A DNA stretch of 64,000 bases from Nemertoderma westbladi (lineage: Eukaryota; Animalia; Xenacoelomorpha). The translations under genes were made by a program, and so were the position numbers. The notes beneath the pieces were generated by a model. The model worked only from the letters and a program-made list of their open reading frames with translations, did not search any database and was not told the origin of the DNA. This document shows, piece after piece, positions 1 to 12,364 of the stretch (the stretch's first letter is position 1; each line of letters begins with the position of its first letter). The stretch spans positions 6,842 to 70,841 of the forward strand of contig JAUCBJ010001640.1 of the NCBI GenBank assembly GCA_032718475.1, read 5' to 3'.

Positions 1-287
1 ATCGGAAGATAGAGTATAGGATATGATAGGAGGATAGAGTATAGGATAAAATAGTCTAGGATGTGTTAGAAGTGCCGAATGAGTAAAAAGCAAATACGGC
101 CGACTGCGATTTTTTGGCATTATTTGTTATGTTAATTAATTATCTATACTGTATATTGTTATTTATTTGTGATTTATGATTTTATTTATATTAAGTATTT
201 TATTTTTAGGACTATAAACCTCTTTTAAGGGGTTACAAAGGGATAATATCAACTAGTCAGTGATGTTGATGATGACTGCTTCGAAAC

Positions 288-920
288 GTGACCCCGCGCC
301 CGGGTCGATTTAATAAAGGCCCACAAGGAGTGAGCGTGATCCCGCGCCCGGGTAGATTTAATAAAGGCCCACAAGGAGTGAGCGTGACCCCGCGCCCGGG
401 TCGATTTAATAAAGGCCCACAAGGAGTGAGCGTGATCCCGCGCCCGGGTAGATTTAATAAAGGCCCACAAGGAGTGAGCGTGACCCCGCGCCCGGGTAGA
501 TTTAATAAAGGGCCACAAGGAGTAAGCGTGACCCCGCGCCCGGGTATATTTAATAAAGGCCCACAAGGAGTGAGCGTGATCCCGCGCCCGGGTACTGTAG
601 ATTTAATAAAAGCCCACAAGGAGTGAGCGTGACCCCGCGCCCGGGTAGATTTAATAAAGGCCCACAAGGAGTGAGCGTGATCCCGCGCCCGGGTAGATTT
701 AATAAAGGCCCACAAGGAGTGAGCGTGACCCCGCGCCCGGGTCGATTTAATAAAGGCCCACAAGGAGTGAGCGTGACCTCGCGCCCGGGTAGATTTAATA
801 AAGGCCCACAAGGAGTGAGCGTGACCCCGCGCCCGGGTAGATTTAATAAAGGCCCACAAGGAGTGAGCGTGACCCCGCGCCCGGGTAGATTTAATAAAGG
901 CCCACAAGGAGTGAGCGTGA
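288..920. repeat. Minisatellite, 48-bp unit, about 13 copies
   Basis: Unit GTGACCCCGCGCCCGGGTAGATTTAATAAAGGCCCACAAGGAGTGAGC repeated head-to-tail; the overlapping ORFs show the matching 16-aa period. Confidence 0.95.
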
Positions 921-1059
921 TTTTTTTATTATTTAATTAGTTTCTAATGTATTTATTAGGGGCCTATTTTTTCTATTATTTATGATATTGCCAGTCCTCA
1001 TAAACCGAATTTTCTAATTGGCGCTGGAGCCCTTCACAAATCGGCGCCTGTGACACTTG

Positions 1060-1205
1060 CCCCCCCCCCCCCCCCGGTTTAGTTTATTGTTTTGGTTAAA
1101 ATAACGTGCCACTGTAACCTGCTCCTTTCCCTAAATTGAGAATTTGACATTGAGGCGGGATATTAATTCTCCAAGGCGGATTTTGAGTCCAGCCCACCCC
1201 CCCTC
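1060..1205. mobile_element. Partial copy of MITE family A
   Basis: Matches the copy at 3031-3259 (TTGTTTTGGTTAAAATAACGTGCCACTGTAACCTGCTCCTTTCCC...GAGGCGGGATATTAATT...GTCCAG). Confidence 0.75.
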
Positions 1206-2409
1206 CCTCCTGTCTCGCCAGCAATCCCAGGAAAACCGTTTCTGACAAATTTTCAGAAATATTTATCCGGCTTGCAGGCCATGTCTGGCGGCTGTAGACT
1301 GGCAAAATGTCTCGGCTACTTTGCAGCTTTTTTGGTACCAATTTTTCCGGAAATGTCGCCACTTGCCATAGCCCACGATGGATAAATTAACATGTAATCC
1401 TATGGGGACATGGTTTGGGGTGCGACAAATAGCTGGAAAGTTGTCGGGAAGTTATAGCCAGTTGCCATGATAACACCTAGCTGCCAGACGGAAATTTGTA
1501 GCGGCTTTGTCGCCTTTATAATTTTTTGTACCAGACGGAAATTTGTAGCGGCTTTGTCGCCATAATTTATACGGAAATTTACTACTGTTGGTCTCCCAAT
1601 ATTAATCAACTGTTTTATTTTGAGACAGCAATACGGTTTGGTTATTCGAAATATCAATATAGTCATAATCTTAATCTGCACCAATTTTAATATGCACTAT
1701 ATAAGGACTGTAGGGACTGAGTAGCAGTATTTAAATTAGTTCAAAATACAACTTTGTACATGTACATTCCCTGCAAACCATCAACATTAAAATAATGTTT
1801 ATTAGTAACATCTATTTTCAAGAAATATAATCAGATAATATTGCAAATCAAAAACGCATACTAGATTTAAAATTACTTTGGAAAATAAAAGTGTACTTTC
1901 AGCAGTATTCGAGAACTACAGGTACTAATATCACCACCAGTGTTATTTATTTTAACACTATACTATTAAATTTCCCACCCTTAAAATTACAGATAGTGCG
2001 CAAATTGATTGACCGACTACAACTGAAAATGGTGATCTTCAGTGCAAATTGACAGCAAGTGAAATAAAGTTTGTTTACGTTTTTGATTAGAAAACACCGC
2101 CACAGTAACCGGCTCCTTTCACTTAATGTTTTAAATTAAATTAATGTTTCAAACACACTAAAAAAAATTTGCGCCAGTGCTCTAAAATTAACCTTCTAAT
2201 GCGTGACAATAAGCTAATATTGTAATTCTATCATTGCATCCTCGTAACATTTCTGTTTTATTTTCTCATTATTATGCAAGATATACAACATAATTATTAC
2301 AATATTCTTAAAACATGTAAAGAAAACAATTTCTATTATATTTGCAATAATAACGCGTGGATACAAACCGAATTAAATTATTTTAAATATAATATTTGGA
2401 ATAGCTCTT

Positions 2410-3029
2410 CTACTACTACTAGGATCGGCATGCTGCATTGTAGCTGCATTTTTAAGAATGCTGTGCCGGCTTATTGACAAAATTGCACCGCCACAACTCC
2501 CTATCACCCATGACATTTGCTAGATCATCCGCATCTTCAAGGCCAGTGTCCTTTAAGATGCGTCTCAAGAAAGTCATGGGCTGTCCACCATGCTTATTCA
2601 CTCCATGAGGCTGCCAAAGTACAAGATTATGCACTGGCTGGTCCTCACGGTGAAAGCAATGTCCTACAAAGCGGAGGCGATTTTGTTCTAGTGTCAAGCT
2701 TGGGGGAACCAATGAGATACCTCCAATGTTATATAGTGTCTGGTTGGAGATGTGTGCATTGTACATGACACAATGAACCCGGCGTAGCATTCTTAGGAAT
2801 GTGCCATCCAGAGATTTGGTGTCCTCAGCAGTTAGAGCCCAGCATGGACTCCCATAGAGGAGTACTGGAACTACTGCTGCTCTAAATAATCGGACCTTAA
2901 GTTTCCGATTAATTCTGGGTGACTTCCAAATCCTGGAAAGCCTATTCAAGGCTTCCCATGCCTTTCCCTTACGTATTCGAAGGTCCTCACCTGACTTCCG
3001 GATCCATGATCCCAGGTAACAGAAGTCAA
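2410..3029 (-). mobile_element. RTE-clade LINE family A, 5'-truncated 3' end
   Basis: Encodes RLSRIWKS..LKVRLFRAAVVPVLLYGS.CWALT..RLRFVGHC..LVLWQP; short 3' UTR and (TAG)n tail; homologous copies at 40.7, 49-50.5 and 53-54 kb. Confidence 0.88.
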
Positions 3030-3030
3030 T

Positions 3031-3259
3031 AGGGAAACTGGACGCAATAAAAATTCATCCCTCTCCAGGGGAAATTTGACGCAAATAACAGCTGATTATC
3101 CTCAAAAATAAAACTGTAACCTGTTCTATTGTGTTAAGTTTATTGTTTTGGTTAAAATATCGTGCCACTGTAAATAGCTCCTTTCCCTAACTTGATAATT
3201 TAACATTGAGGCGGGATATTAATTCGCCAAGGCGGGTTTTGCGTCCAGTTTCCCCCCTG
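3031..3259. mobile_element. MITE family A (about 230 bp, G/C-run plus ACTGGACGCAA TIR, possibly hAT-type)
   Basis: GGGAAACTGGACGCAA at the left, TTGCGTCCAGTTTCCC..CTG at the right; further copies at 1060, 12126, 39533 and 63939. No clear TSD. Confidence 0.8.
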
Positions 3260-3359
3260 TTTCTATGTTCATAACAATGGCAAATAATTCTTAAGTTTGC
3301 AAATTTCTAATCGAACCTATATTTCATACATATCAGTCAATAATATCAGAACTCTTTCA

Positions 3360-3975
3360 ATCTAACAACAAACTCTTTCACACGGCGGGGACACGTAAAT
3401 AAAACAACCGGTCGGGATTCTCGGATCCCGTCACAGTAATAAAATCCAGCTACCCGAAACTGTGACTGCCAGCCACCAATAAGCAAAGTTAAAGATGAGT
3501 CAGGAAGGAAAGACAACACCGCCGCGGACCCCGGACGATACGAACGAAACGATCCGCGAGGCCGCGACGCGACGGTATCGACCCAGGACGCCGTACTCGT
3601 CAACCCGGAACGATCCGGCAGCCTAAGCGGAGGGCGGTCGTCTACCACAAAGAGGGACGAGCGAGTCGGGGGAAAGGAGAGACGAGTCGACACACGACGG
3701 CAGTCGACGTACCGATCTCGCCGGCCAGCCACAGGCCGAGGGCGACGGACGGCCCACCGGAACGACGACGGTGGGGCCGCCAGTACGACGCCGAACACGG
3801 AGAGAAAGAGGGGATGTCGGCAACGAGGACGTCGGAGTCAGCGACCGGCTCCGACGAGCCTACAACGCGACCAGAAATCAACTGAGGGAAGCCAAAGTAG
3901 GGGCCAAGATAGACCAGGTGAAGCTAGAGAAGCGGCTAGGTGAGTCGAGAGAAACAACAAATATAACATCATAGT
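3360..3975 (+). mobile_element. Possible LTR-retroelement leader and gag 5' fragment
   Basis: CpG-rich island in AT-rich DNA; short charged coiled-coil ORF (RLRRAYNATRNQLREAKVGAKIDQVKLEKRL); shares motifs with 24160-24360. Confidence 0.35.
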
Positions 3976-5019
3976 GAGTGATGTACTGTATGCTATGCAC
4001 ATGTGTTTGGTTTGATATTTTTTGTTGCAACCCCCCCCCCCCCTCACAATGATATATGTAAACAAATTAATACAGGGACTCTTAATGTTTTTAATATAAA
4101 CAACATATCAACAATAATATTATTACTCTACGTTACATTACATATACACATCAGATATAAACGCGTAAGTACTAAAACACAGTTATGTCGGAAAAATTTA
4201 ACCAAAATGTTCAAAAATGGTATTCCTCATTTCTGTTTATACAATAAAACTATTTAATTCAAATTTGTAATCTTATCAAGCGCTACAGTAGATTACGACT
4301 TGAGCACGAAATAAAATAAAAAATGTATCACCCGTCATATAAAGGTACTAATAACATGATCATATATTATAATATAACTATGGATTGCAGCAATTGTATT
4401 TTGAACATTAGGATTAACTTTTCCCAACGAAAATAGTGATTGAATGATCAAATTAATATTAGTTTTTAAAAATAATTTAGTCATGTTCAACATCATTAAT
4501 ACATGGAATTCCAAATAATGAAGTACTGGTAGTACTGGTACTGATAGTACTGGTATCGTACAGTAATACTGTACGATATAGATATAAAGTTAATATTGAG
4601 TTTAGATGCAGGATAACTAGCGGTTCATTGGGGAGGTCCAGTTGAATTTTATATACTGTAACTGTACAGGGCATTTTTTTTACAATTTCGTTACTACCCG
4701 GTGTCTGTGAGAAAAGACGGTTTCCATGGGAAAATGTCTGGAAAAAATCAGAATAAAAAATCAGTTTTTTTTAAGTAGGCCTACTTTTTTATCTTCATTT
4801 GGTTATTTTTTATGGGAGATGCCGCCCCCAAACCCCCGTTTAGTACAATGAAACGGCTTTTACAATAATATAGTATAAAGCAGAAATTACAATTAATATT
4901 ATACACTGAGAATTTTACAAGAACCTACAGTCACTATAATTCCAAAAAGACTAGCACAGATACAAATAAGAGAAAGCACAACACATTACATAGTTTACAG
5001 ATTCAGTTTACGAGTCAGA

Positions 5020-5485
5020 CGAGTGGAGTGATCGGCAATCCAGTTCCATCCTCCGTACCCAGACCACTGTGCCACTGTAGCCTCTACCCCCTGATGCAAT
5101 GAGAAGCCCCTCGGATTATGGCGAACTGCACACGGTGGCGAACCCACTCCATGACGGTGCTATAAGGTCTGTCCCAGTTGTGGTGCAACCTATCAGCGAA
5201 GATCCTCAGGAGCTTGTCGGACTGCGGTGCCAGAACTCCATCGCAAGATACTACGAAGGGTGCAATGTCCGCACACGACTCGGCGTCAAGGTTTACGAAC
5301 CTGATATCTAACAACGCCTGAGTCTGCGGGTTGAATGCCCCTGTAACTCCTACATCACACCAAAGTCCTGCCTCTCCACTTAATCCAGGCGGGTCTCTGA
5401 CTATGGGTTCCGACTGTCACGTTTCATGGTCCAAATGCTAGAGAGGCAGAGAGGCCAGATCCCCAACAACATCATGGCGTTCATT
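5020..5485 (-). mobile_element. CRE-like non-LTR retrotransposon fragment (restriction-like endonuclease C-terminus)
   Basis: RHDVVGDLA..., DVGVTG...LLDIRFVNLDAES, PFVVSCDGVL...W.RPYS.VMEWVRHRVQFAIIRG..HCIRG; internally deleted. Confidence 0.7.
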
Positions 5486-6578
5486 ATATGTGTTTGGAGC
5501 ATGAGGCCTTTTTTAAACTCCAATTCTTCCATATTCAATGTTATTAATCACATTTCACTAACATTTAATTAATTTGAAGTTTAATTGTAGGGCCTATCAA
5601 TTAAAGAGTACAAAATACAATAAACAATTGAATTGAAGTAAACAAACAGCAATAAAACTACCAGTATAAATTAAAGTAACAAAACGCTATACACTATTTA
5701 TTTAAGTAAGAAAAACTCATTAAACAATTAAACGTAAATAAAAAAACTCAATAAACGCAACTCTGCAGTACAGCAGTAGGCCTACTGACCACAAAATGAC
5801 TGTTATTTGTTTATTTGTTTAATTTGATTTATTGGCGATTAATCATGTGACTGATTTTTATTGCAATGCGTGTCAAGCACCACTAAAGTTCTTATGAAAT
5901 GTTTGTCAAGTTATAAAGTCACCGAAATTATATTCTAGGTATACAAAATTTGTTAAGAATTTGGTAAGTGCATTGCACGATAAGTGCCCACCAAATTATT
6001 TCTTAATAATATCTATACTGTACTTGGCAAGTATTTTTTAATTCCTTAACAAATAATGCAAAATGTGGTAATTGTAAAATTTTAGTAAATTTATCATGCC
6101 AGTAACTTACCATTAGGTAGTACTTTACTAATATGATAAGATTCTCAACCCGGGAAATTAATATTGGCGAATTAGTGCCTAGAAGTAAAAATCTTACTGT
6201 AAACTGTGTTCCTAAATTTAGTTTATTGTTTTGGTTAGAAACGCCTGCCATCATAACCTGTTACTTTCCTTCAAAAGGAACCTTAAATGGTGAATATCGA
6301 AATTAAATATTCACGAAATTAAGTCTGTAAGTTGATATGTTAAAAAAGGCTGAAACGACACCCCCAATTGGTAATACAGTACAGCAGTACAGCAGTATGC
6401 ACGCACACAGTACCGGTAGGCCTACAGTACTACTGTATTATTTAACTAAGAAAAGAGGCCTACATGCTGATATGTATTACCGTACATTTACTGGCAGACT
6501 GGTGTACCAATCAGACAATTACCCCTTACCGGTAAATAAAATGAAAATAAAAATATGTATCACCAGCCAGTATAGGTA

Positions 6579-7784
6579 CCGTAATTCGGGGTGACTTGAT
6601 TGATACATTGAGGTGACTTGATACAGCAAGTTATACTTTTTTTATTTAACGGATTGTGGGTGATTGCGTGATGTTATGATAAAAATTGAAATATTAGAAG
6701 ATGTCTGAATAAATTGTCTATCAAATAGTAAAATAAATTTTGTCATTGCTTCGCATTTGTGATCACTCACTAGAGCCAAAAATGCATTTTTCAAAAATTC
6801 ACTTTTTTTTAATGTCAAAATATAGGTCGAATTTTTGACACTTTGGGTTAATGTTGTTCAAAAATTATTTTTACAGATGCTAATAGATGAGTTTGAATAT
6901 TATGATCCTAAAAAAATTTTACAAATTTTCATATGAAGTGGGGGTGGAGTGCCCGTTTTTTGAAAGTGTATCTTAAAATGGGGTGACTAGATACATATAT
7001 ACGGTATATTGTAGGCGAAAATGTTCTGATACCTGTGACTTAACGTTGATTTGGCAAAATTTGTGCTTAAATTCTTTGATTTAGTTTGCAGTTTCTTCTA
7101 AAATGTTTTGTCTTATTTACTGGTGTAAGGATGCCACAATGCAATGAAAGTCTTTTTCGTTTTTAAACTTCAATTTAACTTGTTAAATATTGTTATATGT
7201 TAAATTTTCTAAAATATTTTATCTTTACTTAAACAGTTAAACCTTAAATTTGCAAAATTTGTGCTTAAATTCATTGTTTTAGTTTCCAGTTTTTTCTAAA
7301 ATGTATTGTCTTACTTACTGGTGTCAGGATGTCACTATGCAATGAAGGTCTTTTTCGTTTTTAAAGTGCAATTTAACTTGTTAAATATGAAATATTTTGC
7401 CATAAAAAATGGAGTTATTTTTAATTTTAGCCATAATTTTATATCCCCGTTAGGTGGGGACTTCGTTCTTTTTTTAAAATTTCCAAGATGTATCAAGTCA
7501 CCCCCACAGCCTACAACATGATCCAAACTCATTCACAGAGTGGTATTATTGCGGAAAATTTGCTTGTGTATCAAGTCACCCCGTCATGTGGGGTGACTTG
7601 ATACAGCTGGTTTTTAAGAAAAAAACACCACTACACTAAGCACCTGAAATAGTGCTTTAGTCTAGTGGTGTAGTTCTCATCCCGACTATAAAATTTTCTT
7701 TTTATTCCATTTGTGTAGGATAAAAACTTCAAAAGATATTCACAGTTAAAGGCAAAAACTGTATCAAGTCACCCCGAATTACGG
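6579..7784. mobile_element. Non-autonomous Tc1/mariner/pogo-type DNA transposon (1.2 kb)
   Basis: TIR CCGTAATTCGGGGTGACTTGAT / ATCAAGTCACCCCGAATTACGG, TA on both sides (6577-6578, 7785-7786); internal repeats of GGGGTGACTTGATACA; no transposase ORF. Confidence 0.9.
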
Positions 7785-8061
7785 TACGGTAAATTTATAA
7801 TTGTATAGGCAATACAGTAGGCCTAACTATTCTAGAAATCGTATGATAAATTAAACTTTACTACCGTTTACAACCTACCGCGCTACCGGTAGCCTACACT
7901 ATAAACACTTCGACGGTACCACCATACCTAATATATATCTGCATTTCGAAAGGGGATCGACCATGGCGTGGGATCGGCACACAGCTAAAAAGTTTCCCTT
8001 TACCGAGTGATGTAGGCCTACTGACTACATACGTACCGTATTGCCTACCAAAGTTTTTACC

Positions 8062-8272
8062 GTGTACATACGTATCGGCTACCAAAGTCGTGAATCTCTG
8101 CGTGCCTGACTGCCAGAATGTGATGCAATCAGATGCAACCGAGTCTGTCTTCAGAAAATGTTTCACTTTACTGTGTACATACGTATCGGCTACCAAAGTC
8201 GTGAATCTTTACGTGCATGACTGCCTGAATGTGTTGCAATCGAGTCTGTCTTCAGAAAATGTTTCACTTTAC
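8062..8272. repeat. Tandem duplication, about 111-bp unit
   Basis: GTGTACATACGTATCGGCTACCAAAGTCGTGAATCT at 8062 and 8173. Confidence 0.8.
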
Positions 8273-8869
8273 CGCCTGTCATACTTCTACATAGGCTGCA
8301 TACTACATACATACATACTACATAGTGCCTATTATGATGGCAATATCTGAGTCTGTCTTAAGAAAATGTTTTACTTTCACAATTCCCCTATCGCTACTAA
8401 TTGAATGCCACCCCAAATTAGATGATTTCACACCAAAAAAAATTATTTAGCACCAAATACAGTATATTTTATTGTAGCACCAATTTACATCCCCAAATTT
8501 TGAATATCTCTCTCACCAAAAACAATTATTCATCCCCCAAAAACAATAATTCATCCCCAAAAAACAATTATTCCCCCCCCCCCCCCCCCCCCAACAAAAA
8601 AATGTTTTATAATGTTTTATGTTAATATTTAAAATGTTTGAAACTGATTTTTTTTATATATTGCTTATGTATATGTGTTGTTGTTTGGTTAACAAGCCTA
8701 AATTATTATCCTACATAATAAATAGCTGGATCTCAATCAGGGACACTTTGCTGAATATAGATTAAAAAACTGTACCGACACACGATGTTGCTTAAACTGT
8801 TATAATATCATCAATATTTTAGGTAATTAATATAATCAGCAACAGCTTAGGCCTAATTCTGAAATATCA

Positions 8870-9200
8870 ATGTTTTCACGAATTTTTTTATAATTTCAAG
8901 AAAATGCTAGCTAATAAAAAAAACACTAGCTACACCTTAATAAATAATATATAATAATGTTCTCGAACACTTACCAATAACAAAAATAAAAAAAAACCTT
9001 ATTTTTTAAATTTCAAAAAATTCTAGCTAGTAAAAAAACACTTGCTACCAGAAAAAATATATCTAATAATGTTCTAGAACATTTACCAATATCAAAAAAG
9101 TTGCTATCAGGAATTCGGCCCCGGACAATTCGGTCCTGAACAATTCGGTCCCAGACAATTCGACCCATTTATTTGGAGTTTTGGGACCGAATTGTCCTAC
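8870..9200. repeat. Dispersed composite repeat (A-rich block plus GGACAATTCGGTCC 15-mer foldback), inverted copy at 21089-21433
   Basis: 8960-9110 is the reverse complement of 21268-21433, and both abut 15-mer GGACAATTCGG arrays. Confidence 0.7.
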
Positions 9201-9413
9201 AGTACATACGTAAAGTCTTGGGTCTTTGTTTTGTAGTCACCCGACGATCCTTGTAACAATGGTCTGTAACTGAGAGTCTGTAACTAAGAGTCTGTTTATT
9301 TTGGTAGAATATTTGATTATTTTGTGGGAATAAGTATTTATTTTGCGGGAATAAGTATTTATTTTGGGAAAATTTGTATTTACTGTATTTTGGGGGTTTT
9401 GTCATTTATTTTA

Positions 9414-10632
9414 ATATAATAATAATAATAATAATAATTAAAATATTTATATAGCGCCTTTCCTAAATTAAGAGCAAGGCGCATGGCACTGTTAAAATGT
9501 AGGATTGCTAAAAAATTAGATAAAAACAGTTTAATTAAAAACGGACATTGATAACATCGTGTGAACATGATTATGCAGATTTACTCGTACTCCAGGTGGA
9601 AGTAGTGTGTTTTTAGCCTCGACTTAAAAACCGCGATGGTTGGTGATTGTCGAACGTTGATTGGCAGTTTGTTCCAAATAGTCGGGGCAGCAACTGAGAA
9701 AGCGCGCTTGCCGTAGTGCACCATGTTGAATCTAGGGATCACCAGCAGTTCGTAGTGGGATGACCTCAGTGACCGGGAGGGCGTGTAGGGTGACAGTAGA
9801 TCTCGCAGATATACTGGTGCTGTTCCATTCAGACACTTGTAGGTAATCATAGCAATTTTATAGTCTATCCGACGTTGCACTGGAAGCCAATGTAGTCGCA
9901 TTAGTACAGGGGTCATTCGTTGCCTGTCACTTTTCTTGAGACCAACTAAAAGACGCGCCGCACAGTTCTGCACATATTGTAGCTTTTTAATGGAATCAGT
10001 CGGAAGACCGTAATAAAGGGAGTTGCAGTTGTCCAATTTACTTGTGACAAGCGCATGAATCAAAATCTCAAGATTATCTTTGGATAAATAGCGCTTAATT
10101 TTTCCAAGATTCCTGAGGTGATAGAATGCTTCTCTGGCAGTAATTCCAATGTGCTTGCGGAGTGTCAGATGAGAATCGATTTCAACACCGATATTACGCG
10201 CAGTTGCGCTACAACCAATAGTCTCGGAACCGATTATCACGTGCGGGGATTCAACTTGTTTACCGAATTGCGACTGCAGCATGACCACTTTAGTCTTATC
10301 TGAGTTCATCTTTAAAAGATGTGAGTCCATCCATGCTCGAACTTCGGAAAGGCACTTTTCAGTGATATCTACTGCATCATTCAGGTTTGATTTCTTAAAT
10401 GTTATGTATATTTGAGTATCATCTGCGTAGAGATGTAGGGACAGTCCGTATTTCCTTATCACATTTGCGAGTGAACGTTTATAAATAGTAAATAGTATTG
10501 GGCCAAGTACTGATCCTTGTGGGAGGCCGTATCTTAATTGCTGAGGTTGAGAATATGAGTTGTTAATGCATACTTGTTGTGAGCGGCCCAACAAGTACTG
10601 TAGGATCGAAACCAATCTAGTGCTGTCCCTGC
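9414..10632 (-). mobile_element. 5'-truncated L2/CR1-group LINE
   Basis: RT C-terminal ORF, 3' UTR with GGCGCTATATAAAT and (ATT)n tail at 9415-9438; flanked by a long direct repeat. Confidence 0.92.
9581..10615 (-). pseudogene. Reverse transcriptase, C-terminal part (L2/CR1 ORF2)
   Basis: GLPQGSVLGPILF, YADDTQIY, LHWLPV..RI.YKI, YGKRAFSVAAP..WN.LP motifs. Confidence 0.92.
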
Positions 10633-11062
10633 ATTTTGGGAAAATTTGTATTTATTTTGGGGGTTTTGTCATTTATTTTAGTGTGAGTAATTGGTTTTCT
10701 GGATCATTTATTTACTGTGGTGTTGAATAATTGGTTTTGGGTGTGACTTTATTTTATTTGGTGTTGAATAATTTTTTGGGGTCACATTATTTAAATTGGT
10801 GTAATATTTTTATTTTTGGAGAAATTCTCATCGATTTTGGTATGACTTTAATTGGTAGCCTTTCCCTATTGTAACCAAGGATTACTGAGGAACGGACTGG
10901 GCATACTGGTAATGTAAATCCAGACTCAGTTGAACTGATATACTGTACATACACAGGGTATAACTTTTCGCCGTATCCGTATCCTTATGCATTTGCCGTA
11001 TCCGTGCCTATGTAAATACGCGTGTTATGCGCATGTAATGGATTCTTACAGTATGGAGAATA

Positions 11063-11110
11063 ACTTAAAAATGCAGCTGCAATGCAGCACGTCGATCCTA
11101 GTACTAGTAG
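11063..11110 (+). mobile_element. Isolated 3' tail of RTE family A
   Basis: CTTAAAAATGCAGCTGCAATGCAGCACGTCGATCCTAGTACTAGTAG matches 41204-41250. Confidence 0.7.
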
Positions 11111-11900
11111 ATCGGTAGGTTTCGCCCCGCAGCTGATGGCATGCTCTGGAGGCCAAGTCAGGAAATGTAGAGAGAAATTCACAAAGGGAGACAGAACGAG
11201 TATTGAATGAAGAGTAGAGGTCTGTAGGTAACTAGCCACTGGGAAGCATGCACCACAAACTTACGCCAATCACGTTTCTGCTTGTTGATAGCGGGCTTGC
11301 GTGTTTGAATGTAATACATTTCAAGCTTTTGCAAGACTGGCCGCAATGGGTGTCTAGCAATTACTTTGAAATGTTTAAACAATTCACGCCAGTCAGTCAG
11401 CCAATGTGTATTGGGCTTCGCCGCGGTGAGTCATGATGTGGTTGTGCACAGTCTTACCCTGTTCGCTCCCATCCTTGGCAGTCCCATCCTGGTGCTGTCT
11501 AACGCGTTCAAACAAGTGTTGGATGGTGTGTCCAACATATTCCCCCTTACAAGAGGGACAAGAGAAAGAGTAAACGACATTAGACGCAAGGATATCCGGG
11601 ACGGGATGTTTTAGAGATGGGAGTGACTGGCGCAGTTTAGTTGTAGTGAAAACGAACCGAACTGGCCGTGTGCAAGACCTGGGTATAAGTCCACGCAACT
11701 TTCGAACAAACAGATCGGTTGCCCGACCTCGGTACTCAAACTTACAGATAATGGGCTTTGAGTCATCAGCAGCTGCCTGGTCCACCGGGTCACTGACCTC
11801 GGTGGGGACAACTGTTGGTGCCTCGCCCCCAGAACCACTACTTGCACGCCCCCTAGCGGCTTGAACTACGGCTAGCTCATGCTCGACCACCGTATCAGTA
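11110..11900 (-). mobile_element. Penelope-like element 3' fragment (GIY-YIG endonuclease)
   Basis: SNVVYSFSCPSCKGEYVGHT..HLFERVRQH...VHNH and, after a break, FKVIA...LEMYYIQTRKPAINKQ. Confidence 0.85.
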
Positions 11901-12125
11901 TTGGTTATTGCTAAGAATATTCTCAGCATAGTCAACCCGAATACGTCATATATTGGGGTAAATCTTTTCAACCTACGCGTAGCTACGCATAGTTTGTAAC
12001 TTCCGTTCCTGTCATTTGCCGGTAGGTTTTTTTTTACAGACGGTACTTTGCCCAAAGTTTCGTTTTGCGTTTTTCGTTATTAGGTTGCCCTGCATAGGCG
12101 CGTATACTACTGTAGTTTTTAGTCA

Positions 12126-12364
12126 ACTGGACGCAAAACCCGCCTTGGCGAATTAATATCCCGCCTCAATGTTAAATCCTCAATTTAGTCAAAGGAGCAG
12201 GTTACAGTGGCACGTTATTTTAACCAAAACAATAAACTAAACACAATAGAACAGGTTAGAGGTTTATTTTTGAGAGAAATCAGCTGTTATTTGCGTCGAA
12301 TTTCCCCTGGAGAGGGATTAATTTTTATTGCGTCCAGCCCCCCCCCCCCCCCCCCCCCCCCCTG
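12126..12364. mobile_element. MITE family A, inverted copy
   Basis: AACTGGACGCAA ... TTGCGTCCAG(C)nTG. Confidence 0.82.

Noticed and set aside
262-312. Hammerhead-like TTGATGA...CGAAAC...GTC
   Set aside because: C3 is absent and neither stem I nor stem II can be formed.
249-940. Repetitive ORFs (SLWAFIKSTRARGHAH...) and a CRISPR-like appearance
   Set aside because: Contiguous 48-bp tandem units without unique spacers; the ORFs follow from a unit length divisible by 3; no cas genes.
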